From an uncultured Planctomycetia bacterium (lineage in GTDB: Bacteria > Omnitrophota > Gorgyraeia > 2-01-FULL-45-10 > JAHFGN01), in assembly GCA_964354545.1 (NCBI GenBank), contig CAYHAE010000003.1, positions 25,019 through 89,018 of the forward strand: a DNA stretch of 64,000 nt, written 5' to 3'. The notes under the pieces are model-generated. The model was given only the letters and a program-made list of their open reading frames with translations, made no database searches and had not been told where the DNA came from. The translations under genes were made by a program, and so were the position numbers. Shown here one piece after another: positions 15,001-30,000 of the stretch (position 1 is the first letter of the stretch; each line of letters starts with the position of its first letter).

Positions 15001-18000
15001 CGCAGCTGGACGACGCCCTCGCAACCTTCGCGGAGTTCGACGTGAGCCAGGACGGCGTCATCGACGAACACGATTTCGATGTGATGGCGCAGAGGATATC
15101 CGGTGATTCAAAGAGCATACGGGAGCTTCAAGGTAAAGGCGCTTCCTTTGAGGACGCATTCCGCAGGATCTTCTCCGATGAGATCTTCTATCAGCAGGAG
15201 CTCGCTGCGGCCGACGCGAATAAGGATGGGTATGTAGATGCCCAGGATGAGACGGTCTATGAGGACCGCCTCGCCACCAATGTGGACCTCGACCTGGGTG
15301 GGCTCGAACTGCGTGAAGCGAAATCCGAAGGCGGGAAGATCACCTTCTATGGAGTCGAATACGATGTGACCTTTAACGGGACGGATACCTATACCCTCAC
15401 CACCGCCTCGCGTCCCGGCGCGACCTACACGGCATGCGTGGGAGACTCCGTCGAGATCGGCGAAGCCCATACGAGCTACAGCGTTTCCAAAGATGTGTCG
15501 GACAACCTCGTCCTCGCCCGGAAGTTCCAATTCACGGGAACGGGCGGCACGATCAGGGTGAACGGTGTCACCTATACGGTGACAGAGCCCAGCGCCGGCA
15601 TATTCAGATTCGATGACGGGAACGGGCATGCGTACACGAGCGCGGATGTAGGACAGCTCAAGAGGGTGAAGATAGGCAACTTCATCTATGAGATCACGGG
15701 GAATATCGCGAGCCTCACCCTCGACGAGAAGTATGCGGACAACAGGGTCAATGGCAAAACGGTCTATATACCTGAGGCTATGAAGCGGGACCTGGTGCGG
15801 CAGCTTATCCTCGATGTGCGGGCAGACATCACGGGGAATGCGGAGAACCCGGACGGCAAGGTCGATAAGAAGGATGCGCTTGCCTTCAGCACCCGTCCCG
15901 TTGACGTGAACGGCGATGGCTTCACGAACGAGCTTGACCTGAACCTCATATGGGATATCGCCGACAGGCAGAAGCTCGAAAGGATCAAGTACGACTTCAA
16001 TATGGACGAGGTGATCGATAATGCCGACATCGTGAAGTACCGGGACGACATCATTCCGCATAGTCCTGTCATAATCGATCTGAACGTCGACGGAAAGATG
16101 GATGCGAAGGACGTCGAATACCTGGAAGCCGTCGTCCTGCCTCAGATCGTGAAGAGGAACCTCGCGATGAGGTTTGACCGCGATTTCAACGGGGTCGCCA
16201 CGAGGGCCGAACTCGCGCCGTTAGAGGATGCCCTCTTGGCAGCGGACTTGAACCGCGATATGCGGGTCAACGAGGCAGACCTCAAGACCTTCGCGGATAT
16301 CGAGTCCCGCTATGCATCGCTCCCGCTGTCGAAGGCCGAGGTCGTCGCAAGCGATATCAATCAAGACGGGATAGTCGACTACAAGGATGCGGCCCTCCTC
16401 GAGGACGCGATCGCTCACCACGTGGATGTGAAAGGCGACGGGGTCGTCGATGACAAGGACGTGACGATCGTGAGGGAGATCGTCACGGGCGGAAAGCCGG
16501 CGAATGCCTACGTGAAGGTCGACCTGCCGCAGTACTACCTGTCCAAAGATGTCGTGAGCAAGGCAGACGTGAACAAGGACGGCGTGGTCGACGGCGAAGA
16601 TTACGACGAGTGGTCCAAGGTCGCGCTCGAGCGGGTAAACCTCGACGTCGCCGACGCCGGAGGGCTCATAAGGATCTACCAGGCAGAAGGCGGCAAACTC
16701 GTGACCAATTATCCGGAATCCTCATTTGCATACCAGCTTACCCTGGAGAAAGAAGGACGATATCAGTTCAACTTCGACGTGAAGGCCGCGGAGTTCGCAG
16801 CCCTCTCCTTCGACGTGTTCGTCGACGGCATAAAGAGCGGCGAGATGCTGACGGGCGCGGTACCGAGCGCCGCCACGAAGGCCTCCGTTGTCATCGATGT
16901 CCCGAGCGGGGAACACACGATCATGTTTGTCATGCGCTGCCCGAGCTCACGAAGGATCGCTATCGAGCTGGCCAACCTGTCGTACACCGTACCAGTCGAT
17001 CCGAAATACGACGTAAACGGCGACGGGATCTACTCTTATGACGACGGCAGGATTGTCAATGCCTTTGTCGATGCCCAGAAGCTGCTCGAGGAAGCGGATA
17101 TCAACTGGGATGGCGCGGTAGACGACAGGGACCTGGTGCTCCTCGATATGGACAGGAACGGCACCATCGAAGGCGCGGAGACCACCATAGACTATAGTAG
17201 TCAGTTATCAGTGAGGCGGGATGTCACGAGAAACGGCGTGGTAGACCAAAGGGACCTCACCGCCCTCGGCGAAATCCTCGACGCGATCGAATACATCTCG
17301 AGGGCCGACGTGAACAGAGACGGCTTCATCGATGGGAAGGATGAGATCGATATCGCCGAGTCGGTGAGGGACTACCGGGACATCACGGGCGCAGACGGTG
17401 TTGCGGATGAGCGGGATATCGCGACCTTGTGGACAGCAGCGTCGGCGTTCCACACCATCACCTTTGAGGAGGCGATGGGGTCAGACCTCACGGGAGACGG
17501 CATGATAGATGCGCGGGACCTTGCGAAGATAGCCTACTACGCGGACAGCAACCTGCTCTCCACCATGGTCGAAAAGGTAAAGAGCCCGACCTCGAAGTTC
17601 GATGCGAAAGTAGCGGACAAAGACCTCGCAAGAGACGAGATCGTGCGGGCGCTCACGAGCCTCGGAGGCCTCGATGTCCAGAACAGCAAGCTCGTGAGGG
17701 CCACGTCGAGGTATGAAAGGTTCGACCTCCCCGTCGCGCTGAACTGGACAAGCGACGGCACTCAGTGGATGGTGAAAGACGGCGTCTACAGTCAGACCGC
17801 ATCCGGTACGGCTACTCATGTGAGCACCTACGAGTCGGAGGATATGAGCGATTTCAGCGTCGAGGCGGACGTGAGGGTCGACGGCGGATTCTTCGGATCA
17901 GGGTTCATGCCCGAGATGTACCAGACCCGCACCCGGATGGATTCGGGCGGCGCCGGGATCGTATTCAGGATGAAGGATGCGGGTAACTACTATGAGGCAT

Positions 18001-21000
18001 ATCTCAACTCCGCGACGAGGTCGCTCGAGTTCAGAAAGGTCGTCGACGGAGGCGCGCCTATCGTGATGAAGTCCGTGAAGGTCGGGATCGCGGGCGACAG
18101 ATGGTACCGTCTCGGCGTCAAGGCTCGCTCGAGGTTCTTCGAGTTCACGATCGACGGCAAGAAGGTCTTCGATTTCATCAGTACGACCTTCGGTACGGGG
18201 GGAGTCGCGCTTAAGGTCGGTCCGTCCACACGGGCATCGTTCGATAACGTGAGGTTCTCTACGTACAATACCCTCGATCAGATCGCGAGAGACGGGCTGC
18301 TGGACAAGGACCTCGATGGAGATTCCGACATTGATGCGTGGGATTACGGAATACTCAAGGCCCTCAACGTCATGAGCGAGACGGACGTGGACGGGAACGG
18401 GAACGCGGATGTGAATGATAAGCAGCTCCTCGTGGACGTGAGCACGTGCGACTTGAACGGCGACGGGCTCGTGAACGAAGACGATTATACACCTCTCGAC
18501 CTCGATGGCGATACCGATGTTGACGCAGACGACGTGAAGATCGTGGAGACCGCGGCGCATTTAGCGAACATGCCGAAGAGGTTCGACTTTGCGGACATCA
18601 ATAAAGACGGGAGGGTCGATTGGAACGACTATGAGACCGCGGAATCGAGCCTCGCGGCGCAGGTCGATGTGAACGGTGACAGCGCGTTCAACCACCTCGA
18701 CCTCGTCACCATAGACGCGGTCATGAAATATAACGCCCTGCCCATCGCCGAGACGACGCTCGCGCTCGCGGACGTGAACGGCGATGACACTATCGACTCG
18801 AAGGATATCGAAGACCTCACGTTCTCGATCACCTACTACGGAAGGGCCGACGTGAACGGTGACGGCCGGAAGGACTTAAGCGACACGCTCGACCTCGCCA
18901 GGGTCATCCAGAATATCACCAAACCGTACTCGGATCCCGATGCGATCGTGACGTCTTCGGTGAGGGAGAAGGCGGACGTGAACCGCGATACCAAGGTAGA
19001 CCAGGACGATGTGGACGAAGTGAGCTACTGGGTCACGCAGTATATCGCGAATCCCACCGTCACCTCAGCCCTGATCGACGTGCGCACGTACGACTTCGAT
19101 AAAGACGGGAAGCTCTCGGCACAGGACACCGCGATATGCGCGAACATAAAACAGCTCATCGCGCAGGGGAAGTACCTCACGAACGAACAGCTTGCCCGTT
19201 ACGATGTGGACAGGAACGGCATAATCGACGCAGCTGATGCAAAGATGATGGTCGATATCTTCGCATGCCTCAAAGACGTCGACCTTGACGGAACGGTCGG
19301 CCCAGGCGACGTGAGCGCGATCGAGCTCATACTTTACAGAGAGTCCCTCGGAGTCACACGAGAGCAGATCGAGCTTTCGGACATTACGGGAGACGGCTGG
19401 GTGACGAGAGATGACTACACAACGCTTGAGAACGCCCTCAAGACAGCGGACCTGCTCGATGCGAACGGTGACGGGTGGGTGGATGCGAATGAGAAGAAAG
19501 CGCTCGCGGACATCATCACCGCCTTCATGACAGGCAAGATACTCACCAAAGAAGAATACGCGAAGGCAGACTTCAACGGGGATGGAGACATCAATGGTAA
19601 AGATATATCTGAGCTCAACGACCAGCTCCTCGCGCTCTACGAGGCAAGGCTCTCAAAGCAGAAGTGGATGGAGTCGGCCAGGCTGAAGGCCCCGGCACTC
19701 ATCAGGGACGCGATCGACGTGAACGGAGATGGGAAGAGGGACGACACGGATACGGCACGGGTGGACGCCATCGTGCAGTACTATAAGGATGCGCTCAAAG
19801 ACGGCATCACGGAGAAGATGGTCGACGATGCCGATATCAACAGGGATTTCAGGGTCAACGAAGACGACAGGGCGCTCCTCGAGCGGCTCGTTGTGGACAG
19901 CGAGTCAACCGGCGGAATAGAGACGGGGATCCCCTACTACCCCTTCTCGCATAGCCCGCAGGCGCAGGAATATGCCAGGATGCTCGACCTCAACAAAGAC
20001 GGCTTCGTTGACAAAAAGGACGAGATCATCTTCCTGTCGGCATACGAGGGGTTAAAGCCGGAGGTGGGCGAGCTCAGGCAGATGGAGGATTTCGTGAAGT
20101 ACGACTTCAATAGCGATGGGTACGTGGACAAGAAGGACCTGCAGATCATCTACGACGTGATCCTTGGACACGTGGACATCGATGGAGACGCCCTCATAGG
20201 GGACTCGGAGAAGAACGCAAGCACCAATCCTCTTACGGATACGGAGATCCTCAATGAACTCATACAGATAGACAAGAAGTGCGACGAGCTGGGGATAAGC
20301 CTCGCGGCGCTCGACGAAAATGTCGATCCCGAGCACCTCCCCGATGAGGTCAACAGGCTCAGGATCGCTGCGCGGTTCAGCGAGGACCCCCTCGAGAGGA
20401 TCACGCGCACGGCGTACGACAACATGATGATCGCGCTCAACACGAGGGACAATCCTTACTACGACATCGACAACAACGGAAAGTTCGACTATAAGGACGT
20501 CTACCTCCTCGAGGATATCTACGGCGCGATCCAGGACTATGCCTCAGGCTCCACCACAGGCGGGGCGAGGACCGTGCTTCAGCCCATGGAATTCCATATA
20601 CGGGATGTGACGAACAACTTCGAGATCGACAGGCACGACCTCGAGGCGGTCCAGGACGCGAGGAAGAGCCTCATGTCCTTCCGGCTCGACCAGCTCATCA
20701 AGAAAGAGGACGCGTACAGGCTCTACAAGTTCAGAGGACTGAGCGAGGTCATCACCCCGGACGACATCAGGAGGGGCGATTTTGTGCTGAGAACGGGCGA
20801 TGAGGACGGAGCGCTCTACGTGAACGACCATGGTGAGAACGACTCGCAGATCCTCATCTCCAAGATGATCTGGGGCCACTATGATGAAGAGGGCAACCTC
20901 ATCATAGTCCCGGAGTGGGCCCCCGGCGAACAGCGGCTCGTGAGAAGGCCGAGGAAGGGCGAGAAGAAGAGGATCCTCCACGATATGGCGGTCTATCCGG

Positions 21001-24000
21001 GCGAACCGCCAGAAACGCCGCCGCCTACGGATGAGGGCTACGAGAACGTATTCTCGAGCGTCAAGCCGTATATCAATCCGAGCGATATCGACAAGGACGG
21101 GCTGGTGAGCGCCGAAGACCTGTACTTCATACAGAGGGCGATGCGAGAAGTCGGCCTTGGCGAACTTCCTTCCATCCCGAACCTCATCGTCGGGAACATC
21201 GACAGAGACGTTGATATAGAGATCACGGATAAGGATCTGACGAAGATGATCGAGACCATGATGCGGGCGAGGGACGTCGATGGCAACCTCGCGATCGATA
21301 GTAACGACGCGGAGATGGTGAGGGAGATGCAGGACAGGGTCCTGAAGGCGAAGGAGGTTATCGGGAAGATAAACGATATCAAGGCACTGCTTGCCAAGGA
21401 CACGTTCGATGACCTTGATATCGCGTACATGAACGTGCTCCTCGACTACCTCAACATCAATGTAGACGAGTACAAGAGGGCCGGCGGTGTTGACTACGAG
21501 ATCGACAAGATGGCGAAGGTCCTCGAGACCATGTTCGGCGGCATCACCGAGCCTGCCCAGCGGGAAACCGTATTGACGAGCCTCGTCAAGGGATTCGGCG
21601 TAAAAGGCGCCGGCAGGGAGAGGATAATCGGTCCGGCCAAGCCGGTCGAGGTTCCTCAGGCACAATGGGACCTCTTGCTGAGGATCAAGGCGAGCCTCGA
21701 TTTCTCCACGCTGGACAAAGACGGGGACGGCAATGTGACCGACTACGAGATCGCCGCCATGGAGAGTCTCATCGGGACGGTCCTGGACGTCTCCGCGATC
21801 CCTGATGACGAGATGGCAAGGGCCGATATCAACGGAGACGGGATCGTGAACGGGTTCGACCTCGATGCGCTCACCACCGCAGTGACCCACAACGTCGATG
21901 TCAATAACGACACGGTCATAGACTCCCAGGACTACTATGCATGGCTCGAGCTCAAGACGTTCATGAACTACAGGATCCAGCCAGGGGAGCTTGAGCGTGC
22001 GGATGTAGAACTGCTGGAAGAGCCGGACAAGATATTCACCGAGCCGTTCCCATTCGAGAGGTCGGGGACCGTGCAGGGCGGGCTCTACAGGATACTCAAG
22101 AATGCCGAGGGAGAACCGCTGCTCGATGCGGAGAAACAGGTCAGATTCGAGGAGCTCTCGGTGACGACAGAGAACGCACAGGACCTCTTCGCTCTCCAGT
22201 GGGCCATCGACAACATCGACAAGATCGATTTCGACGAAGACGGGACGATCGAGGCCTCTGACCTCAACGCGTACCTCGATACGCTCCTCTTCATAGAAAA
22301 TTCCACCATCCAGCAGCAGATGCTGAGGCGCCATGCCATGGACCTCGTCGACGCCGAAGGCAAGAAGGACGGCGTGGTCAACCAGAAAGACCTCGACAGG
22401 TTCGTCGAGGTGGTGTACACGCAGCATGTCGACGTGGACTCAAACGGCGCGGTCTATGACAGGGACGTGTCGAGGATAAAAGAGATCATCGCCGCCGACC
22501 AGATAAAGGAGAGGTGGACCAAGGAATATCCGGACCTCATCGGAGAGCTCTCGAGGAGGGTCATCAATGTCGACGCGCAGCACTTCTACATCGACTATGA
22601 TCCGGCGACCGTCACCTACATCTTCACGCGGTTCGCGCTGCCCAACGAACCGGGCCTGCCGGCAGGCGAGGAGCCCATCACGAGCGACCCGAGAAGTCAG
22701 ACGGTAATGATAGGGGAGACCCTCTATTACATTACCGAAGAGGCTGTCACGAAGAGAGTAAACCTTTCCGACACCGTCACGCTCTATAAGGAGCAGAAGG
22801 CGCCGAAGGCATACGTGCGCATCGCGGACATAAACGGAGACGGGAACGTCGACTTCCTGGACCAGTACGGCCTCAACGAGGAGCTGCAGAAAGCGAGGGC
22901 GCTGGGACTCCAGAAGATCGACTCGCACTTTGCGGATACGGTAAGGGAAGTGAAGAGCCTCATCGACGCCTGGAAGGCCGTCGTCATAAAGGTCGCAGAG
23001 GTGAGCAGGCCCGTCTATGACCAGGTGGTAGAGGTCGAGGGCCGAAAGCTGGGGGTAGAGGTCGTGCCCGAGGATAACGGTGTCAGATCGTATACGGTAT
23101 ACGACATCGTAAACAATAACAAGGGCTACGTGAGCAGGCGCGACCGCATGACCGGGGACATCACCGTAAAGGTGGGCTCCATAGTCTATCTCGTCATCTA
23201 TGACTCGCTCTCGCACAAGATAAGCCTGCAGAAACTCTACACGAGCTCCATCAAATTAGCCGATAACCTCATCAAGCTGGGAGAGCAACAGTATGAGGTG
23301 CTCGACAACCAGGACGGAACGTTCACGCTGAGGGACGGGGCGATCGTATACGTGAGCCAGAAGAACACAGACCTCATCCTCGTCGGAGATGAGCTCTACA
23401 GGGTCATAAAGAACGAGAATACGGGAGAGATCACCCTCATTAAGAAGGAATCGACGAGGAGTGAGTCGATATCCATTGAGGGAGGCCAGCTCATTGCCCT
23501 CGACGGCGTGCTCTACAAGGCCGACTATGACGCGGGCGAGGGCTTCTTCTTCAACGACGGCGACCACCTCTACGGCACGGTGCCGGGATCGCAGTATATC
23601 GAGATAAAGAACAGGCGGTATAAGATCGCCATGGACCCTGACACTCGCGTCATTCAGCTCACCGAGATCATCCCCGGCGACCTGAACGAGGACGGCATCG
23701 TAGACGCCGCCGATGAGGCGCTGCTGCGCGCATCCTTGACCAAGCAGGCGATAAGCGTCGATGCGAACAGGGATGCCGTGAACTACGTAGAGCTGGACGG
23801 GGTACGGTACGACGTCTATCAGGATCCTGCGACCGGAGAGATCACGCTGAAGGAGAGGAAAGACGTGGGGTCCGGTACGAAGATCTCGGACACCGAATAT
23901 ACCGCAGTCCTCATAGTGGAACCGGGGAGGAGGAGGGCGCAGTGGGTGGGAAGCGTGAAGACCGGGACGCCGAACGTGATCAAGGTCCAGGGCGTGTACT

Positions 24001-27000
24001 ACGAGGTCGAAGATATAGGCGGAGGCGTCTATGAGTTCAGGAGGAACGGGAACATCGATTACAATGATATCCTCGCGAGGTCAGGCCTCGTGTACGGCGG
24101 CAACGAAGCGAGGTGGAATGAGGCGAAGGCGATGCTTGAGGCGAGCCTCGCGCCCAACACCTATTTCTACAGCGACCCGGATACCAACACGGTGACTCTC
24201 GACGGCATCACCTATACGATACAGGGTCCGGCGAACGAGGTCTCCCTCACCGGAAGGGACCTCAGGATCGCCACCAAGGAAGTGAGGGATGCGAACCAGA
24301 ACGTCATAGGCCTAAAAGAAGACGATACGGATCCGCTCGAGAAGATCGCGATCAACCTCTACGTTAAGAAGAACCCCGACGGCACGTTTACCTTCACGTC
24401 GCCTTTGTGGAAGTATCAGGGCATGAGCGCGGCGCTCGCCGATGAGATCGGCCAGGTCGATGCGGGAGCGCACAAATATGCGGTCGCATTCACGGTCGAC
24501 GGCAGCGATGTCGTCATCGGGGCCCTCAGCGGCAACGTGACAACCGATGAGACGCACGGCAAAGTGATGCTGAGCAATATTCCGATCGGGCCCGCGGGCA
24601 CCACCGCGCGCAAGATATACAGGACGGACGCCGGCGGTTCGACGTTTAAATTTGTCGCCACCATCGATGACAATACGACCACCGCCTTGCTCGACAATGA
24701 GCCCGACTCGGGCCTGGGGGCCGATATGGGCGCAATCACCTCTGAAGAGATACCCTTCACGAGCGACCTCACGACGAATACCGTCGTCTTGGGCAACTAC
24801 ATCACGTACAGTATCGTAGAGGCTGCGGGAAAGATCACCTTGCAGGAGGCGATGTCTGAAAGCACGACCGTCACCGGCCAGGTGATCGAACTCTACGGCG
24901 TGAACTACACCGCCCGCGATAACGGAGACGGGTCCTATTCCTTCTCTGACGGGACCCATACCTATACGAGCGATAAGGATACCAAGACGGTGAGGATCGG
25001 CGAATTCATCTCGGCCTCCTACGGAGAATATATCGAGGGCATGACCGAGGAGCAGCTTAAGGAGGTCACGGGCATATTGTACGATGTATCGGTGGATCCC
25101 GCGACCAATAAGGTTACGCTGGTCACCCACAAGGAGCTCAAGAATCCGGTCCAGGTCATACAGGTAGGCAAGTCCCCGTGGGAGATGGCATCGGCTACGG
25201 CAGCGCTTGAGAACGAAGCCGGGGACGTCAACGCGGGGACGCATGCCTATTCAATCGTATTCACCGTTGATGGCAACGACGTCGTGAGCGGCATCCCCAC
25301 CAATACCGTCACCACCGATGCGACGCACGGGAAGGTGCTCCTCAGCAATATTCCGATCGGGCCCACGGGGACCACCGCCCGCACGATATACAGGACGGGC
25401 GCGAACGGCGCGACGTTCAAGTTCCTCGCGTCCATTGACGATAACGTCACCACCACATATGAGGACAGCGCGGCCGATGCGACCCTCGGCACGCCCATGA
25501 GCCCCGTGTCGAATCAAGCCGAGTATTACAGCGTCACGACCGATTACCGCGGGTATGTGGCGATATCGACCTATCCCGACGGCGTCATCGTGGCACAGCT
25601 CGCGCCCACCGCGACCGAAGTCGACATCCACGGGGTAAGGTACTCGGTCGCAAAAGACGGCGCAACGGGCAAGATCACATTGGCGCGGGTGGGCGAACCG
25701 TCCAAGACATCGCTCGACGTGAGCCTCGTGCGGGTCAACGAGGTTACTTACAGCGTGACGATCAATACCCAGGAGCCGGAGACGTTCACGTTCACTTACG
25801 GCACGAACTCGAGAACGAGCTTCATCAATACCGAAGATCCGCAAGATCCGCTTAACCAGGTGCAGCTCTTCGACGGCATAACCTATGACATCACGCGCGA
25901 CGCGGCATCCGGGAAGCTGCGGCTCACGGAGCACTATACGAGGGGCACGTCGCAGGAAGGGCGGCTCATCATCCTCGGCAGTAAGGCCTACGGGGTGCAA
26001 GAGCGCGACGACGGCTACGGCACCATCATCTATTCCTTCTACGACGGCGATACGGTCGTGGCAGAGTCGACGAGCGACGGCACGACGACCACGATAGCCA
26101 TCGACGTGAACGCGGACCTCACCCCCGAGACATTCTATATCTTCCGCGACGCGTCCGCCGACCTGATCACCGTGGTGAGCAAAGACCGCACAGTGAGGAG
26201 CGACCTCAACGACGTGCGGTCCTCGGGGATGAAGAAGATCGTTTATCTCGACGGCATGTGGTACGACGTGAAGAGGCTCGATGACGGAGAGTGGGAGATC
26301 TCCTGGGAGACCGTCAACGCGTCACAACAGACGGTGAGGATCGTGAGGGTGACCACCCCTGAGAATAAAGACGTCAAGCTCGCCAACGACAAGGTCTTTG
26401 AGGTGAAGGATGTCACGGTGGCGGACAAGCCTCAGGCCCACCTGAGCCAGAAACATTACATCACCTCCACCGTCCTCGACCTCTACGACATAAAAGGCAA
26501 GAAAGAAGCCCGCAAGGTCAACATCGGCGGCGTCGATTATATCATACGATACCTGGGGAGGGAGTTCGATGAAACGCTCGGCCACTATGTGCCCAAGTTC
26601 ACGCTCACCCACGACAACATGGTCTATTCGAACAGAGAAACGCCGAAACCCATAAAGTTCGGCGGAAGCTCGCTCTTCGGCGATTCAGGCACGACGATCA
26701 CGTTCGAGAAGAAAGGGTTCTTCGTAGACCTGCCTGAGGCGACGATAGGCGTAGAGAGCTTCCCGTTCGTGTATGCGAACGCCGTGGAGATCATCGATAC
26801 GGTGACAGGAGAGCGCAGGCTCTACACTATTGCCGCGAACGGCAAGGAGGGAGGGAACTTCACGCATTCGTTCTACGGGTACGGCCAGAGCTTCGAGACC
26901 TATATACTTCCCCTGGCCAAGATGGAATACGTGGATATAAGGGACATCATTGTCCCTGACCCCGACACGGGAACTCCGGAGCCGTTGAAGATCTCGCTGG

Positions 27001-30000
27001 GAGACCTCGACCTTCAAGACGCCATGACGGACAACAGCTTCCTCGCCGAGTCGAAGTGGGCGGGCAAGATAAAGATAGAGAATGATAGGGACAACAGGTA
27101 CTCGCTCCGCTTCTATCCCAGGTTCAATATCGCGACCGAGGTCGCGCAGGTCACGGAGCTCACCTATCTGGAGACAGACCTTCTGAGAGACTCAAGGTCC
27201 CTCGAGGAGAGCGACGGCGTGACGTTCTATCAGATCGAGGAGAGGGTTACGCTCGGAGACGAGGCGTTCAACATGACGGCGGTGAACGACCAGCCCGTGC
27301 TTGAGTCGGAATATATCCGGTCCGCCGCGGTGCCCTCGCGAAATGCGATCGTGCTCGCGGACGGCGCGTACGGATATGACTACAAGAGGGTGGGCAGGAC
27401 TTTCGAGTTTACGGACGGATTCAATACGTATAGAAGCGACCCGCAGGGCGAGTTCGTCACCATCCAGGGCAAGACCTACAGGATAACCCTCGATGATATG
27501 GACAAACCTATCCTCGTAGAGCGTCACGCGATGAGCGTAAAACTCTCCGACTGGACACCGACGACTCCGGGGAGGATCAGGGTCACCTCAACGGGCGATG
27601 AGTTCGACGTCACGAAGAACGCCGACGGGACGTTCACCTTCACGGGAACGAAGGGGACATTCACAAGCGTCAAGAGGGCAAAGGTCGGCGGGCTCTTCTA
27701 CGACCTGAGCATCGACCCGGCGAAGAAGGCAGTGACGATGAAGGAGGAACACGCGGCACGGGACCCGATGGATTACGTCATGATCAGGGACGTGAGGACC
27801 GACCACAACAACGTGACTATCGGCTCGCAGATCTCGAATCTCGGTTTTGTCGGCATGTTCAAGGAGGCCTATGACCTCAATGGCGACTACGAAGGCAATT
27901 ACTATGAAGACTGGCCGTTCGGCACCGACACGGGTTATTACGGCAACTATGGCTATCAATCCGGCAACTACACCTATACGGCTGAAGAGCTTGCGCTCCT
28001 CTTTGACCTGCAGTACGGACAACATGAGGACCAGGGTTACTCCAACGAGTGGTTCACGGGCTTCGACTACATGATGATGACGGAGAAGTACGCGGACTAC
28101 GACTATACGGACGATAGGACCGACGCGGTCTACACCTATGACTATTCGACGGGAGAATACGTCACATCCAGTTCCGGTTATCAGATGGGTTCGTTCGGCA
28201 TGGGCGGCGATGCCCTCGCCGGAAGCAAGTACTTCAAAGACGTCTACTCGGACCTCACCTATCAGGGGAACTCCGACCTCTTCTTCCTCACCCCGAACTC
28301 ATCCACGTGGGGGTATTCCGGTGGCGGCTTCAGCGGCGGAAGCCCGATGGGAATGGGAATGGGAGAGGACTCACAGAGGGTAACGTACCAGAGCGCCACG
28401 CGCAACTACTATAATACGACCCAACAGATGGTTCTCTATCAGAACGAGGTGCGCAGGGTGATGGCCCCCGAATACAACGGGGACTACGGCCACTATCTCG
28501 ATGACGGCGTGAAGATCGTCACCGACTTCAACGCCGACCAGAATAGGCGCAAAGGGTTCACGTTCGGAGGGAAGGATTACGACCTCGTCTACGATCCCGA
28601 TACAAAGACGTATACGCTAAAAGAAGCCTACGTATATGACTTGGCGAGCAAGGACCAGAAGTTCGTCGTCGCCGCAACGACCACGGAGCCTCCCGCGACC
28701 GTCTACGGTGTCTATGACGACAAGACCTACCTCTCTTCCGGAGGGTCTCCCGAGAAGTTCGTCATGTCCATCACGGGCAAGGATATGGGCAACATAGGAT
28801 CGGTGCACTATTACAGCCTCAACGACATCATGAACAATCCGACCGTAAGCGCGCTCTTTGGCTATGACCCGCTCGCGCTGGACCGTACCTTTACGGTGAA
28901 CGGCCAGACCTACAGGATCTATGAGAGCTATCCTGACGCGGGACGCTATGTCGTGGAGCGGGAAGGGCCCCGTGACGAATCCGCCGTTGTGCCCAATAGG
29001 GTGATCAAGATAGGCACGGGCATCTATGAGGCTATAAAAGACGTAGACCCAATGGACAGGCCTGACAGCGGCAGGTTCTATTATAAGTTCGTGAAAGGCG
29101 CCGAAGAGATCCTGAGCACCTACAATGACGTGACCGGAAGGTGGGAGGTGAGATTGAACGACGGCAAAGTGTATGAGATGTCGTTCGAGGACCTCACGAA
29201 CGAGATCATCCTGTCCACGCAGTCCGAAAAGAGCGCATATATAGCGACTACCTATACGACAACCAATGTGACAACAGAAACGATCAGAGAGACCATCGAG
29301 GGGTCAGAGAATGGGGACGGAGATCCGGAGGTGATCGAGTTCACCGTCCTCACCAAGGACTACCAGGTCATCGTGGAGAGCCAGACGTTCAACGGCAGAG
29401 TGGTGACGAAGGCCTGGGGCGCGAGCGGCATAGACCCGACGTATGTAAATTCGGTGACGCTGAAGAGGCTCGTGGATGATGGGCATGGCGGAAAGACGCT
29501 CGATGACAAACGATACGACATCTTCGCGTACAAAGCCTCGGTGTCCGAGCCGGATCCTGAATATCCGTGGGAACCGCCGACAATCGTGGAAAAGTACAGG
29601 CTCTATATCGCTTATGAGGTAGGCCCCGGCGTGTACGAGACGAAGGAATTGACCGACTTCGGGACCGTCTACATCGAGGGAGACGGCTACCGCTCATTCC
29701 TCAATAAAGATCCGTCGACGGGCGAGCTGCTCCAGGTGAGCCTCGACAAGATAACCTTGATCAATAAATCCGGCAGCGGACTGAGGCTGAACGATACGCT
29801 CTACATGGTATCAGGGAATAAGGGTACCTACAAGGTCACCGTCGGAGAGGATAAGAGGCACTATGACAGCGGTTACTCCCGAGTGCTTGGTGAGCAGATA
29901 CAGGTGCTCTACCTGCCCGAGGAGTACGAATCCAATCCGTTTGACAATACGGTCATCCTCGACGACGGAATCGCCTATAATGTCATGATCGATCCTGAGC

